From Candidatus Dadabacteria bacterium (lineage in GTDB: Bacteria; Desulfobacterota_D; UBA1144; Nemesobacterales; CSP1-2): 16,137 nucleotides of DNA. The stretch lies in contig PSLL01000038.1 in NCBI GenBank assembly GCA_040289575.1, positions 5,508-21,644 of the forward strand, written 5' to 3'. This document shows, piece by piece, positions 14,721 through 16,137 of this stretch (the first letter of the stretch is position 1; the number at the start of each line of letters is the position of its first letter). The translations under genes were made by a program, and so were the position numbers. The notes below the pieces were generated by a model. The model had not been told where the DNA came from. It saw only the letters and a list, made by a program, of their open reading frames with translations, and searched no databases.

Positions 14721-16072
14721 AGGCGTTTATCGCGAGCCTAGGCTGTTCTAAAAACCTCGTAGACAGCGAAATAATTCTCGGCTCACTCAAGAACGCAGGA
14801 TATGAGATTTCATCCCAAAAAGACGCGGATATAATAATCGTAAACACGTGTGGGTTTATTGGTGAAGCGAAGAAGGAATCCATAAACACGATAATTGAAC
14901 TATCTAAATACAAACACAAAGGCAGTTGCAAAAAACTGATCGTTACCGGATGCCTCGTCGAGAGATACGCAGATGAACTCAGGCGAGAGATTCCCGAAGT
15001 GGATGCATTCTGGGGCACAGGCGACCTTTTAAGAATCGGGGAAGCCCTGGCAAAGAAAAAGATTAAAAAAATCCATAAATCCGTACCCGGAACGCTTTAT
15101 GATCCAGACACTCCAAGGATCCTTACAACACTTCCCCATACGGCTTATGTGAAAGTCTCAGAAGGTTGCTCAAGGACTTGTTCCTTCTGCATAATTCCGA
15201 AAATGAGGGGTCTTATGAAAAGCAGACCTGTTGATTCGATTGTCGGAGAGTTGAATAACCTTGCAAACTCAGGAGTCCAGGAGATAAATCTCATTGCTCA
15301 GGATATGACAAGCTATGGAAGGGACATTGAAACGAATCTCGAAACGCTCCTTAGAGAACTCGTAAAAGTAGACAGGATAAAGTGGATAAGGCTCCTCTAT
15401 TGCTACCCCTGGGGATTTACAGATTCCCTTATAAATCTTATTGCCGAAGAAGAGAAAATACTAAAATACATAGACATGCCCATTCAGCACATAAATGATA
15501 GGATCTTGAAACTCATGGATAGGAAAACGACAGGTGCAAGGATTAGAGACATCATTTATAAGCTCCGCAAAGAAATCTCAAATTTAATCCTTCGCACTAC
15601 ATTTATTGTGGGATTTCCGGGTGAGACCGAAGAAGAATTCGATGAGCTTCTCGACTTTTTAGAAGAGGCGCAATTTGATAGAGCCGGGGCATTTAAATAC
15701 TCACAGGAAGAGGGGACAAAAGCGGGGGAGATGCCCAAACAGATTCCCGATGAGGTAAAAGAAGAGAGATATGAAAGATTAATGGAGGTCCAATCCGAGG
15801 TTTCTCTCAACAGAAATCGCGCCCTTATTGGAACTATTCATGAAGGTTTTATTGAGGGCACAGAAAACGGTAACTACATTACCCGAATCTGGTCTCAGGC
15901 GCCGGAGGTTGATGGAGTGACTTATGTAAGTGGTTCCCCAAAAACTCTCCCTCTAGATAGCTACCCCAAACCCCAGAGAACCAAAAGATTAAAAATCGGC
16001 GATCTGGTTAAGGTTTCAATCACGGATGCGGATATTTATGACCTCTATGGCGAGGTAGTTAGTAAGAGCTGA
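14717..16072 (+). CDS. rimO: ribosomal protein S12 methylthiotransferase
   Basis: SLGCSKNLVDSE, VNTCGFI..AK.ES, TGCLVERY, radical-SAM CSRTCSFC, IAQD, D.P.QH, FIVGFPGETEE, APEVDG and TRAM domain; ATGA overlap with the upstream gene. Confidence 0.95.
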   Translation: MKAFIASLGCSKNLVDSEIILGSLKNAGYEISSQKDADIIIVNTCGFIGEAKKESINTIIELSKYKHKGSCKKLIVTGCLVERYADELRREIPEVDAFWGTGDLLRIGEALAKKKIKKIHKSVPGTLYDPDTPRILTTLPHTAYVKVSEGCSRTCSFCIIPKMRGLMKSRPVDSIVGELNNLANSGVQEINLIAQDMTSYGRDIETNLETLLRELVKVDRIKWIRLLYCYPWGFTDSLINLIAEEEKILKYIDMPIQHINDRILKLMDRKTTGARIRDIIYKLRKEISNLILRTTFIVGFPGETEEEFDELLDFLEEAQFDRAGAFKYSQEEGTKAGEMPKQIPDEVKEERYERLMEVQSEVSLNRNRALIGTIHEGFIEGTENGNYITRIWSQAPEVDGVTYVSGSPKTLPLDSYPKPQRTKRLKIGDLVKVSITDADIYDLYGEVVSKS

Positions 16073-16137
16073 TCACAACCCTCTAGAATCCATTTCAAAA
16101 CCTCCTTGCAGAAGATGAGCAGATATGGATATTTGTG

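Noticed and set aside
1..16137. CRISPR array, transposase, integrase or defence genes; remaining short nested ORFs
   Set aside because: No regularly spaced repeats or such protein motifs seen; other short ORFs are nested in or antisense to well-supported genes.

Overview
Bacterial chromosomal window in two parts. The right part (about 6.1-16.1 kb) is housekeeping: tRNA-Ala(CGC), galU, a Ycf46-like AAA+ ATPase and leuA on the minus strand, divergent from tyrS; a minus-strand unit tRNA-Ile2(CAT) / C4 zinc-ribbon protein / RNase HI / RNase P RNA (rnpB); then a ClpX-like ATPase lacking the zinc-binding domain, translationally coupled to rimO. The left part (1 to about 6.08 kb) lies beyond the tRNA-Ala 3' end and looks accessory: a phasin-like helical protein, a 69-aa orphan, a Pat/YfiQ-type acyl-CoA-ligase-GNAT lysine acetyltransferase, a full-length cmoA pseudogene with four lesions (mostly missed by the ORF track) and an FkbM methyltransferase. 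The most striking observation is that the rnpB gene is otherwise well formed but lacks a universally conserved internal segment of roughly 20-30 nt (3' strands of P10, P7 and P5, J5/15, and the 5' strand of P15). It is therefore an assembly error, a decaying RNase P RNA in a lineage that may use a protein-only RNase P, or a split/non-canonical RNA. All calls come from reading motifs by eye; no database searches were run.
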